Shown: positions 27,631 through 37,080 of the stretch, piece by piece
Position numbering within the stretch: position 1 is the stretch's first letter
Layout: each line of letters opens with the position of its first letter
Assembly: GCA_045660295.1 (NCBI GenBank)
Contig: JAZRDN010000043.1
Span: 378 to 64,377, forward strand
DNA length: 64,000 nucleotides
From: Eubacteriales bacterium
GTDB taxonomy: Bacteria > Bacillota > Clostridia > Oscillospirales > CAG-272
Direction of reading: 5' to 3'
The notes under the pieces: model-generated
The model's input: only the letters and a program-made list of their open reading frames with translations
What the model was told of the DNA's origin: nothing
Databases searched by the model: none
Made by a program: the position numbers and the translations under genes

Positions 27631-29511
27631 ATGTCCGAAAATCGGAATTATGAACTTTTAAATTCAATAAATAGTCCCGAGGACGTAAAAGCGCTTGACG
27701 AAAAGCAGCTTCCTCTGCTGTGCGGAGAGATCCGTGATTTTCTTGTGGAAAAGGTCAGCGTTACGGGCGGACATCTTGCGTCCAATCTTGGTGCTGTGGA
27801 GCTTTCGGTGGCTCTGCACCGAGTTTTCTCCACGCCCAAAGACCACATTGTTTGGGACGTAGGTCATCAATCCTACGTGCATAAAATTCTCACGGGACGG
27901 CGCGGTGACTTTGATACCCTGCGCCAAAGCGGCGGACTTAGCGGATTTACCAAGCGTGACGAAAGCGAGCACGACGCATTTGGGGCGGGACACAGCTCTA
28001 CGTCGGTCTCGGCGGCGCTGGGGCTTGCCGAGGCTGACAAGCTCTCGGGCGTTGACGCCTATACCGTGGCGGTGGTCGGAGACGGCGCGTTTACGGGCGG
28101 TATGATACACGAGGCGCTCAACAATTGCGACCGCAACCTAAAACTTATAATTGTAATAAATGAAAACGAAATGTCGATATCAAAAAATATCGGACGTTTC
28201 GCTGACAGTCTTTCAAAAATACGCTCCAGCGAGGGCTATTTTAACACCAAAAAGGCTACGGTAAAGGTGCTTAGCGCCATTCCTATTGTGGGCAAGTGGC
28301 TGCTCGGGCTTTTGAAAAAGACCAAAAGAGCGCTTAAAAACATGCTTTACGGCAGTAACTATTTTGAAAATATGGGGCTTTACTATCTCGGCCCCGTGGA
28401 CGGAAATGACGTTGAGGCGCTTGAGGATATTCTCGAGCTTGCCAAAAAGCAGCAGAATAGCGTTATAGTTCATATAAAGACCCAAAAGGGGAAGGGCTAT
28501 GAGCCTGCCGAGAAAAATCCCGATAAATATCATTCGCTTTCGCCCAAGGGAAGCGGGGGCGGTACTAATTTTTCCGCCGAGTTTGGTAAAATCGTTTGCG
28601 AGCTTGCGAAAAAAGACGAGCGTGTCGTCGCCATAACCGCCGCCATGTGCGAGGGTACGGGGCTTGAGGGCTTCAAGGCTCAATATCCTAATAGATTTTT
28701 CGATGTCGGAATCGCCGAGCCTCATGCGGTAACTTATGCCGCAGGACTTGCCGCAGGCGGAAAGCGTCCGTTTGCCGCTATATATTCGACTTTTTTGCAG
28801 AGAGCTTACGATAATATTATTCACGACGTGGCGCTTCAGGGCTTGCCTGTCTGCCTATGCATAGACCGCGCGGGTCTTAACCCCGCGGACGGACCTACGC
28901 ACCACGGTATATTTGATGTGGCGTTCCTTTCGCAGATCCCCGAAATGAAAATATATACCCCCGCCACATACACGGCGCTGAAAAGCGCTATGGTTGACGC
29001 GCTTCGCTCAAATTCGCCCTGCGCGGTGAGATATCCCAGAGGCGCTGAATCAGAGCTTGTGCGTGAGCACTTTTATTCTGATGTGAGCCAAGGCGTTGGA
29101 ATACGCGCCGATTTCACACCCGACGAAAAGCCCTGCGCGGTAATAGTCACTCACGGCAGAATAGCCGCCGAGGCGATAAAGGCGCAGATCGCGCTTGCGG
29201 AAAAAGGGAAGCGTGTGGGTATCGTTCTGCTCGAATTCCTTAAGCCCTACGGCGAGTGTGTGAGCTTGATTGCCGAGGCTATCGGGGATAACGCTTGCCC
29301 TGTGGTGACCCTTGAGGAAGAAATAAAGAACGGCGGCGCGGGAATGATAATAGCCGACGGGCTTTGCCGATGCCACGGATTTGACCGTTCTAAGATGACG
29401 ATTATGGCGGTGGAGGATAATTTCGGCTTTAGTAAAAAGGGCGAAGGTATATATGAAACCCTCGGTCTTTCGGACAGAGACATAGAAAAAGAAATTTTAA
29501 GACTCATATAA
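27631..29511 (+). CDS. dxs: 1-deoxy-D-xylulose-5-phosphate synthase
   Basis: GGHLASNLG, WDVGHQSY, GDGAFTGG, DVGIAE and DGPTHHG. Confidence 0.95.
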   Translation: MSENRNYELLNSINSPEDVKALDEKQLPLLCGEIRDFLVEKVSVTGGHLASNLGAVELSVALHRVFSTPKDHIVWDVGHQSYVHKILTGRRGDFDTLRQSGGLSGFTKRDESEHDAFGAGHSSTSVSAALGLAEADKLSGVDAYTVAVVGDGAFTGGMIHEALNNCDRNLKLIIVINENEMSISKNIGRFADSLSKIRSSEGYFNTKKATVKVLSAIPIVGKWLLGLLKKTKRALKNMLYGSNYFENMGLYYLGPVDGNDVEALEDILELAKKQQNSVIVHIKTQKGKGYEPAEKNPDKYHSLSPKGSGGGTNFSAEFGKIVCELAKKDERVVAITAAMCEGTGLEGFKAQYPNRFFDVGIAEPHAVTYAAGLAAGGKRPFAAIYSTFLQRAYDNIIHDVALQGLPVCLCIDRAGLNPADGPTHHGIFDVAFLSQIPEMKIYTPATYTALKSAMVDALRSNSPCAVRYPRGAESELVREHFYSDVSQGVGIRADFTPDEKPCAVIVTHGRIAAEAIKAQIALAEKGKRVGIVLLEFLKPYGECVSLIAEAIGDNACPVVTLEEEIKNGGAGMIIADGLCRCHGFDRSKMTIMAVEDNFGFSKKGEGIYETLGLSDRDIEKEILRLI

Positions 29512-29526
29512 AGAAAGGTAGTAACT

Positions 29527-30903
29527 ATGGAAAAAATGTGGGCGGGAAGATTTGTCGGCGCGCTTGATAAAGAGGCTGACGACTTCAATTCTTCCATTTC
29601 ATTTGACAGTAAGATGTACAAGGAGGATATCCTTGGTTCAATGGCGCACGCGGCTATGCTTGCGGCGCAGAAAATAATCTCTATGGACGATCTCGATAAG
29701 ATAACCTCGGGACTTGAGGGCATACTTTCCGATATAGAAAGCGGAAAGCTTATGTTCAACCTCGATTGTGAGGATATACATATGTTTATCGAGGCGGAGC
29801 TTACCGCGAGAATAGGCGACGCGGGTAAAAGACTCCATACCGCCAGAAGCCGTAACGACCAGGTTGCGCTTGATATAAGGCTTTATCTGCGCAGACGCAC
29901 CGGCGAGATAATCGAGCTTGCAAAGAAGCTTATCGGCGTTATCTGTGATAAGGCTGAGCTGTACAGAGATACGATAATGCCGGGATACACTCACCTTCAG
30001 CGCGCACAGCCTATAACATTCGGTCACCACCTGCTTGCTTATGCGTCTATGTTTGTCCGCGATATCGGCAGAATGGAGGACGCGCTTAAGAGAATGAACC
30101 TCTCGCCCCTCGGTTCTTGCGCCCTTGCGGGTACGACATATAACACCGACCGCGAAATGGTGGCAAAGCACCTTGACTTTGACGGCATAGTCATCAATAG
30201 CCTTGACGGCGTTTCCGACCGTGACTTCTGCCTTGAGCTTATGAGCGCTTATTCGGTCACTATGATGCATCTTTCCAGATTTTCTGAGGAGATAATCCTC
30301 TGGTCGTCGGGGGAGTTCAAGTTTATTGAGGTTGATGACGCGTATACAACAGGCTCGAGCATCATGCCCCAGAAGAAGAACCCCGATATGGCAGAGCTTG
30401 TAAGAGGCAAGACGGGCAGAGTCTACGGAAACCTTATGGCGCTCCTTACTACACTCAAAGGACTTCCGCTTGCGTACAATAAGGATATGCAGGAGGATAA
30501 GGAAGCGGTGTTTGACAGCATCGAAACGGTAGAGAAGTGTCTCTCGGTGTTTGCGCCCATGATAGCAACCATGCGTGTGAACAGCGAGAATATGTACAAG
30601 GCGGCTCAGGGCGGATTTATCAACGCTACCGACCTTGCCGACTACCTTGTGAAAAAAGGGCTTCCTTTCAGAAGCGCCTATAAGACAGTAGGGCAGATAG
30701 TCGCCGAGTGTATCGAGAAAAAGACGGTGCTTGACGAGCTTCCGCTTGAGGCTTACAAGGCACATTCCGAACTTTTCGATAATGACCTCTATGACGATAT
30801 AAAGCTTGAGACTTGTGTGGAAAAGAGAATTTCGGCAGGCGGTACTTGTGCCGAGTCTGTAAATATGCAGCTTGAGCAGATCAGAAAATTTCTTAATAAG
30901 TGA
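29527..30903 (+). CDS. argH: Argininosuccinate lyase
   Basis: HTARSRNDQ, MPGYTHLQRAQP and GSSIMPQKKNPD. Confidence 0.96.
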   Translation: MEKMWAGRFVGALDKEADDFNSSISFDSKMYKEDILGSMAHAAMLAAQKIISMDDLDKITSGLEGILSDIESGKLMFNLDCEDIHMFIEAELTARIGDAGKRLHTARSRNDQVALDIRLYLRRRTGEIIELAKKLIGVICDKAELYRDTIMPGYTHLQRAQPITFGHHLLAYASMFVRDIGRMEDALKRMNLSPLGSCALAGTTYNTDREMVAKHLDFDGIVINSLDGVSDRDFCLELMSAYSVTMMHLSRFSEEIILWSSGEFKFIEVDDAYTTGSSIMPQKKNPDMAELVRGKTGRVYGNLMALLTTLKGLPLAYNKDMQEDKEAVFDSIETVEKCLSVFAPMIATMRVNSENMYKAAQGGFINATDLADYLVKKGLPFRSAYKTVGQIVAECIEKKTVLDELPLEAYKAHSELFDNDLYDDIKLETCVEKRISAGGTCAESVNMQLEQIRKFLNK

Positions 30904-30909
30904 TACTTT

Positions 30910-30939
30910 AAGCCGACGGATAACACCGTCGGCTTTTTT
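30910..30939 (+). terminator. Intrinsic terminator
   Basis: AAGCCGACGG-ATAACA-CCGTCGGCTT-TTTT. Confidence 0.8.
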
Positions 30940-31137
30940 GCGAGCAGTTTTTAAGCGAAAACCCCAAAAAACTTTGTTGAAAATCAAATTTTGGCAAATT
31001 TCGGTCGAAACGTGATAAAATTTATACCAAAACCTCGATTTGTTTTTGAAAAGCTATTGCAATTTCTTCATATTTGTGGTATAATAATTAAAATTTTTAT
31101 TTTTGTTGCGCGCAAATAGCGCAAGATGGAGGACATT

Positions 31138-32076
31138 ATGAAGAAAATTTTGGCTCTCGTGCTCGTTGCGGTTATGCTCTGCACAGCACTCGTAGGTTGC
31201 GGAGGCGGTAACAAGGCTTACACTCTCGCAAGCGGTGGTACAGGCGGAACTTATTACGCGGCATGCGTAGGTCTCGCAGGTGTATACGACACAGAAACAA
31301 ACCTTAAGATCAACGTTGATGTAACCGGTGCGTCCAAGGCTAACATCCAGCTTGTTACCGGCGGTCAGGCTGATTTCGCTATCGTTCAGAACGACGTTAT
31401 GCAGTACGCTTACACAGGTACTGACCTTTTCTCTGACGGCGAGCCCATCACAAACTTCCGCACAGTTGCTGCTGTTTACGCAGAGGTTTGCCAGATCGTT
31501 GCGTCTACAGAGATCGAGTCTGTTGCTGACCTTAAGGGTAAGGTAGTTTCTATCGGCGCAGCAGGTAGCGGTGTTGAGTTCAACGCTCTCCAGATCCTTG
31601 AGGCTTACGGCCTTACAAGAGAGGATATCGTTCCTATTAACGCTGACTTCAACGGCTCTGCTACAAAGTTCAAGGATGGCGAGATCGACGCGTTCTTCGT
31701 AGTTGCCGGCGCTCCCACAACTGCTATTACTGACCTCTCCGTAAACAGAGAGTTCAAGCTTCTTGAGATCGATGACGAGCATTACGACGCACTTTCCGCT
31801 AAGTACGGCTTCTACTCCAAGTATCCTATCGTTGCAGGCACATACAGCAACACCGAGGATATCCAGACTGTTGCTGTAAAGGCTACGTTCATCTGCCGTG
31901 ACGACATTCCCGAGGATGTTGTATACGAGTTCACAAAGACACTCTTTGAGAAGAAGGATCAGCTCATCGTTGCTCACAACAAGTTCGAGAACATTGACCT
32001 TGCATACGCTCAGAACGACATCGGAGATGTTCCTTTCCACGCAGGTGCGCTTCGCTACTACAACGAAGTTAAGTAA
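31138..32076 (+). CDS. TAXI-family TRAP solute-binding lipoprotein
   Basis: Lipobox LVGC; ASGGTGGTYY, TGASKAN, VQND, GAAGSG and PFHAGA. Confidence 0.92.
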   Translation: MKKILALVLVAVMLCTALVGCGGGNKAYTLASGGTGGTYYAACVGLAGVYDTETNLKINVDVTGASKANIQLVTGGQADFAIVQNDVMQYAYTGTDLFSDGEPITNFRTVAAVYAEVCQIVASTEIESVADLKGKVVSIGAAGSGVEFNALQILEAYGLTREDIVPINADFNGSATKFKDGEIDAFFVVAGAPTTAITDLSVNREFKLLEIDDEHYDALSAKYGFYSKYPIVAGTYSNTEDIQTVAVKATFICRDDIPEDVVYEFTKTLFEKKDQLIVAHNKFENIDLAYAQNDIGDVPFHAGALRYYNEVK

Positions 32077-32079
32077 TTA

Positions 32080-32574
32080 ATGACCCAAAAGAAAATTTTG
32101 GCGATCGCAATAGCAGCCGTAGTCGTAATGACTGCGGCTGTTGCTGTGATTTTTGCGCTGATAAACGACACCTTTAAGTTGGTTATCTGTGATACGGAAA
32201 ACGGCAGAATTTATGCGGAGTACGAGATATCCGAAAGGGAAGAATTCTCGATCTCGTTTATTCATTCGGTAAATCTTACCGAGGTTACCGACTGCTACTA
32301 CGCGGACGGCAATATTATTGTTTGTGATAAGTGCATCTACTCATCATTCGGCGCGGGAATGCCGACCGAATGGGAGGAGAATTGGCAGGTCTCCTATGAG
32401 GGAGACAAAATAACACTTTCGAACCTTGATATAAGACAGGAGAAGGTGAACTACATCGTTGGCACGGTCTACGACCATATTTTGCATATAAACGGCGAGG
32501 ACGTGGTGTTAAACGAGCTTTGCGGCAAGAACGCCGCTGTTACTTTGCGAATAAAGGCACCGATATTTCGGTGA
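32080..32574 (+). CDS. DUF1850-like TAXI-associated protein
   Basis: FSISFIHSVN and SSFGAGMP; position between TAXI SBP and permease. Confidence 0.8.
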   Translation: MTQKKILAIAIAAVVVMTAAVAVIFALINDTFKLVICDTENGRIYAEYEISEREEFSISFIHSVNLTEVTDCYYADGNIIVCDKCIYSSFGAGMPTEWEENWQVSYEGDKITLSNLDIRQEKVNYIVGTVYDHILHINGEDVVLNELCGKNAAVTLRIKAPIFR

Positions 32575-32611
32575 TTTGACATAGATTACAAAAAAGGAGG
32601 GCATTCAACAC

Positions 32612-34630
32612 ATGGAAGAAACTAAAATACAGACTGAGAATGAAGTTATCGATGCCGATGCGTTGATGGCGGAATTCGACCGTGAATCAAACGTACGTCA
32701 TTTCACGGGTAAAAAGAAAATAGTGATAAGAACGCTGATGATCGCGTTTGCTCTTTACGCTATAATTACGTCTATTTTCGGAAAGTATCTCTTGATGCTT
32801 GACAATGATATAATCGCGGGACTTATGACCTGGCCCGGAAGCTCTACGGGCTTTCTCGGACTTGTTCTTGTGATAACGTTCCTCATTTTTCCCGCCTACA
32901 AAGGACAAGCGAAAAAAATAAATTATATCCCGTGGTATGATTACATACTCGCGGCGGCGGGCTTTGCTTCGTTTTTCTATATAGTTGTTGAAAATGAAAA
33001 TATCGTAAAGCGCGCGGTCAATATCAATACTCTTGATATTATATTCGCTGTTGTGGGCTTTGTTGTGCTTGCCGAGGCGTGCCGTAGAGTTGTGGGACTT
33101 CCCATCCTCTGCGTGGTAGGCGCTTTCGTTGTATACGCACTTTTCTACGGCGTAAAGCCTATTCGCCTTTTGCAGGAGCTTTTCTATGCGGGTAACGGAA
33201 TTACAAGTAATCCGCTTGCTATCTGCGCTCAGTATCTCGCGCTATTCATTATTTTCGGCGCGTTTCTTGAAAAAACCGGTATCGGTACCTTCTTCGTAGA
33301 CCTGGCTAACTCTATCGCGGGTTGGGCGGCAGGCGGACCCGCTAAGGTTGCGGTAATCTCCAGCGCCCTTGAGGGTATGTACTCGGGAAGCTCGGTTGCT
33401 AACACAGTGGGAAGCGGTTCTATTACTATTCCCACCATGAAAAAGATAGGATACAGACCCGAATTCGCGGCGGCTGTTGAGGCGGCGGCGTCTACAGGCG
33501 GTCAGATAATGCCCCCCATCATGGGCGCGGCGGCGTTCCTTATGGCTGAATTTACCGAGATTCCTTATATGGCTATCGCTATCGCGGCTATTCTTCCCGC
33601 TATCCTTTACTTTATGGGTATCTTTATGATGATCCACTTTGAGGCAAAGAAAGAGGGAATGAAAGGTCTTTCCAAAGAGGACCTTCCAAAGTTCGGTAAG
33701 CTGTTTCTGCGCCGCGGATATCTGCTTCTCCCCATCGTAGTGCTTGTAGCGCTTATGGGTAACGGCTTCTCTCCCGCGCGTTCGGTTGCTATCGCAATAC
33801 TTACCGTCGTTATCGTAAGCTCCTTTGCTAAGGACACCAGACTTTCTCCCACAAGCTTCTGCGACGCTCTCATCGGCGGAACAAAGGGAACGATAAGCGT
33901 AACTGTTGCCTGCGCTATCGCGGGTAATATGGTAGGACTCGTCACCCTTACACACCTTAATCAGGATCTTATCCGAATCCTTAAGGTCGTTGCGGGACAG
34001 AGCCTGTTCCTTGCGCTCGCGCTTATCATGCTGACCTGTATTCTTCTTGGTATGGGAGTTCCCACTACCGCTAACTACGTTATCATGGCGACTATGGCGG
34101 CTCCTCTTATTTTGAGCATAGCCCCCGATACCCCCGTGCTTGCGGCTCATATGTTCGTTTTCTACTTCGGTATCGTTGCTGATATCACTCCCCCCGTTGC
34201 TCTCGCGGCGTATGCGGGAAGCGCTATTGCTAAATCCGACCCGTTGAAAACCGGCGTTACCGCCACAAGACTGGCGATAACCGCGTTTATTATTCCTTAT
34301 ATATTTGTGCTTCAGCCCGATATGCTTATTATTGACCTGCTCTTTGAGGGCGGCTACGGCGTTGAAAATCTTCACGTTACCTTTGGCGCTGTCCTTTCTA
34401 TTCTTAAGATAGTGTTCACATCTGTTGTGGGGATAATCGGTATCTCCGCGGGTATGGAGGGACATGCATTCCGCAACTGTAAGTGGTGGGAAAGAATAGT
34501 TCTTATCGGCGGAGGTCTCTGCCTTGTTATCCCCGAGACTATTACCGATATCGTCGGACTTGTTATAGTTGCGTCTGTTTTCGTATATCAGTTCGTTGAT
34601 AATAAGATAAAGGCTAAGAAAGCTGCTTAA
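32612..34630 (+). CDS. TRAP transporter 4TM/12TM fused permease
   Basis: GGPAKVAV, EAAASTGGQIMPPIMGAAAF, GMGVPTTANY and ITPPVALAA. Confidence 0.93.
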   Translation: MEETKIQTENEVIDADALMAEFDRESNVRHFTGKKKIVIRTLMIAFALYAIITSIFGKYLLMLDNDIIAGLMTWPGSSTGFLGLVLVITFLIFPAYKGQAKKINYIPWYDYILAAAGFASFFYIVVENENIVKRAVNINTLDIIFAVVGFVVLAEACRRVVGLPILCVVGAFVVYALFYGVKPIRLLQELFYAGNGITSNPLAICAQYLALFIIFGAFLEKTGIGTFFVDLANSIAGWAAGGPAKVAVISSALEGMYSGSSVANTVGSGSITIPTMKKIGYRPEFAAAVEAAASTGGQIMPPIMGAAAFLMAEFTEIPYMAIAIAAILPAILYFMGIFMMIHFEAKKEGMKGLSKEDLPKFGKLFLRRGYLLLPIVVLVALMGNGFSPARSVAIAILTVVIVSSFAKDTRLSPTSFCDALIGGTKGTISVTVACAIAGNMVGLVTLTHLNQDLIRILKVVAGQSLFLALALIMLTCILLGMGVPTTANYVIMATMAAPLILSIAPDTPVLAAHMFVFYFGIVADITPPVALAAYAGSAIAKSDPLKTGVTATRLAITAFIIPYIFVLQPDMLIIDLLFEGGYGVENLHVTFGAVLSILKIVFTSVVGIIGISAGMEGHAFRNCKWWERIVLIGGGLCLVIPETITDIVGLVIVASVFVYQFVDNKIKAKKAA

Positions 34631-34634
34631 CAAT

Positions 34635-34667
34635 AAAAGAGACTGTTTTTTCAAACAGTCTCTTTTT
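34635..34667 (+). terminator. Intrinsic terminator
   Basis: AAAAGAGACTGTTT-TTTC-AAACAGTCTCTTTT. Confidence 0.75.
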
Positions 34668-34676
34668 CGTAGAAAA

Positions 34677-35027
34677 TTGTTTTTTGCGTCCAATGCTCCC
34701 AGACTTCCCATTTACCGGAAGCCGGAGAATTATCAGTTTGCGTTTATCTTTATTGATAGCCGCATGGATATCGGCCATGTTCGTATAGAGAACATCGGAC
34801 GAAACGAGCAGCTTGGAGATATCGAGACGATTCGCGTTCTTCCCGATACCAAGATAAAGACGCTCGTGCTTGAGCATATCAATCATGAGAATCATACAGG
34901 CAGACCTGTTCCCATGATGATAAATCAGGGCGAGATAGATACCCTTTATATGCTTGATATTGACACAGGCGACGACGTTGCTATCGACAATAAGGGCGTA
35001 ATAAAAACAATAAAGGAAATCGGCTGA
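34677..35027 (+). pseudogene. Probable 3'-terminal gene remnant (beta-rich; unknown parent)
   Basis: Protein-like open frame starting right after a terminator, with no RBS or promoter; ends at its own terminator. Confidence 0.45.
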
Positions 35028-35039
35028 TTTACAAAATAG

Positions 35040-35065
35040 AAAAAACCGCCAGTTGGCGGTTTTTT
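35040..35065. terminator. Bidirectional terminator
   Basis: AAAAAACCGCCA-GT-TGGCGGTTTTTT. Confidence 0.75.
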
Positions 35066-35599
35066 CTATACGATACTCGGATAAAACCCGAGGGCGTTTT
35101 CAATATATTCCTTTATTTCATTGGCTTTAATGCCAAGGGCGAAGGCGAATTCATCCCTGATGTAACCGAGCGAGATTTCAAAGGCATCCTTGTCTGCGGC
35201 GGCGAGCTTTTTGCCTGTTTCGGAAAGCTCGGCATTCTTTTTTGAAATGCCTTTTACCAAGGGCAGAAGCACGGCAGGGTGTGGGTTTGAAAGAATCTCG
35301 CGGTAGCTTGCGCTTCTGAGCTTTCTGTCATCTATCCATTCAATGTCTGCTTTTTTGACATCTGTTATGATGGCTTCTATCTCGCCCTTTGTGATGATGT
35401 TTCTCATCTTTCCGAGTAACAGCTCATTGTCCTCGGGAATATAGATGGTTGAGTTTTTGTCGTTCAAGGGCTTGAGAATATAGTATACTTTTTCGGGTTC
35501 TCCTCTGATAAAGGACATTTTCTTTATGTCCTCGATCAGACATATTCCGTTTGACGCGTAAACAACGTGATCTGTCTTGCGAAAGCCTTGAGTTGTCAT
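35066..35599 (-). CDS. CarD-family RNA polymerase-binding regulator
   Basis: DHVVYASNGICLIEDI...YYILKP...IYIP...WIDDRKLR. Confidence 0.85.
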   Translation of the reverse strand: MTTQGFRKTDHVVYASNGICLIEDIKKMSFIRGEPEKVYYILKPLNDKNSTIYIPEDNELLLGKMRNIITKGEIEAIITDVKKADIEWIDDRKLRSASYREILSNPHPAVLLPLVKGISKKNAELSETGKKLAAADKDAFEISLGYIRDEFAFALGIKANEIKEYIENALGFYPSIV

Positions 35600-35808
35600 T
35601 TTGTTGCCTGCCTTTCGATAAAATATCCACATATTAATTATATCAAATTTGGGTGAGTTTTACAAAGGGCATTTTAAACAAAAAGACAATATTTTTGTTT
35701 GGTTTGATAGTTTTTTTGACGAATTTCAACAAAAACAATATATCTATTGAATTAATATTGGTTTTGTGATACAATATAATATATTACCATGAGAGGAAAT
35801 ATTTACAA

Positions 35809-37065
35809 ATGAGAAACTGTTTTTACCCTGCGGATATAATGTTGCCCGATTTTGATAAGGTTGAAGGCAAAAAGTGGGCTGTCATAGCATGCGATCAGCA
35901 CACGAGCGAACCCGAGTATTGGGAGCAGGCAAAGGCGTGCGTGGCAGATTCGCCGTCCACACTTAACCTTATACTGCCAGAGGTATACCTTTCCGAAACC
36001 ACCGAAAGAGTTCCCGAAATAAATAGAACTATGACCGAGTACCTTAAAGGCGTTTTGCGAGAGCATAAGAGCAGCATGATATACGTCGAGCGCACCCAGT
36101 CCGACGGAGAGATACGCCGCGGTCTTGTGGGCATGATAGATCTTGAGTGCTACGACTATAACAAGGGCGCGGACGCGCTTGTAAGAGCTACCGAGGGTAC
36201 AGTGCTTGACCGTATTCCCCCCAGAGTTGCCGTCAGACGTGACGCGGCTATTGAGCTTCCTCACGTTATGGTACTTATCGATGACCCCAAGAAAACGGTC
36301 ATAGAGCCTGAGATTACCGCTAAAGAGGGGTATGAAAAGGCGTATGACTTTGAGCTTATGCTTGGCGGCGGTCATATCAAGGGATGGTTTGTTGACGAAA
36401 ACCGACAAAAGAGAATAAACACGGCGCTTGAGGCTCTTGCTACCCCCGAGGCTATGCGTGAGAAGTACGGCGACGATTATGCTCCTCTGCTTTTTGCCGT
36501 AGGCGACGGAAACCATTCGTTGGCGTCGGCTAAGGCGGCTTATGAGGAGGTCAAGGCAAGGCTTGGCGAAGCCGCACTTTCTCACCCCGCGAGATACGCC
36601 CTTGCGGAGATAGTGAATCTTCATGACGACGCGCTTAAATTTGAGCCTATTTACCGTGTAATGTTTGGCGTTTCTCCTGTTGCGGTGCACGCCGCTTTGG
36701 GTGAATATGCTAATAACCTTGACGGAAACGAAAAGCCCCAGACGGTTGAATATATCCATGCGGGCGGTGAGGGAAGTATCGTGTTCAGACGCCCTACGGC
36801 TCAGCTTACGGTAGGTACACTTCAGAGCTTTATTGACGATTATATCGCATCTCACGAGGGTGCGAGCGTTGACTATATCCATGGTGTAGAGGCTACCGAG
36901 GCGCTTGCTAAAAATCCAAATGCCATAGGCTTTATATTTGACGGTATGGAAAAAGACCAGCTTTTCAAAACTGTTATCTGTGACGGCGCTTTGCCCAGAA
37001 AGACCTTTTCTATGGGGCACGCTGCGGACAAAAGATATTATCTGGAGTGCAGAAAGATAAAGTAA
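35809..37065 (+). CDS. DUF1015-family protein
   Basis: WAVIACDQ, RATEGTV, AVGDGNHSLA and LPRKTFSMG. Confidence 0.85.
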   Translation: MRNCFYPADIMLPDFDKVEGKKWAVIACDQHTSEPEYWEQAKACVADSPSTLNLILPEVYLSETTERVPEINRTMTEYLKGVLREHKSSMIYVERTQSDGEIRRGLVGMIDLECYDYNKGADALVRATEGTVLDRIPPRVAVRRDAAIELPHVMVLIDDPKKTVIEPEITAKEGYEKAYDFELMLGGGHIKGWFVDENRQKRINTALEALATPEAMREKYGDDYAPLLFAVGDGNHSLASAKAAYEEVKARLGEAALSHPARYALAEIVNLHDDALKFEPIYRVMFGVSPVAVHAALGEYANNLDGNEKPQTVEYIHAGGEGSIVFRRPTAQLTVGTLQSFIDDYIASHEGASVDYIHGVEATEALAKNPNAIGFIFDGMEKDQLFKTVICDGALPRKTFSMGHAADKRYYLECRKIK

Positions 37066-37080
37066 TCTGGAGTGGTTGTA

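Noticed and set aside
29638-30987. 449-aa antisense ORF (likewise 31054-32040, 33242-34711, 35803-37020, 46146-47576, 55348-56757, 62907-63833)
   Set aside because: Each mirrors a well-supported gene on the other strand, has no RBS or motifs, and is explained by codon bias leaving the antisense frame open
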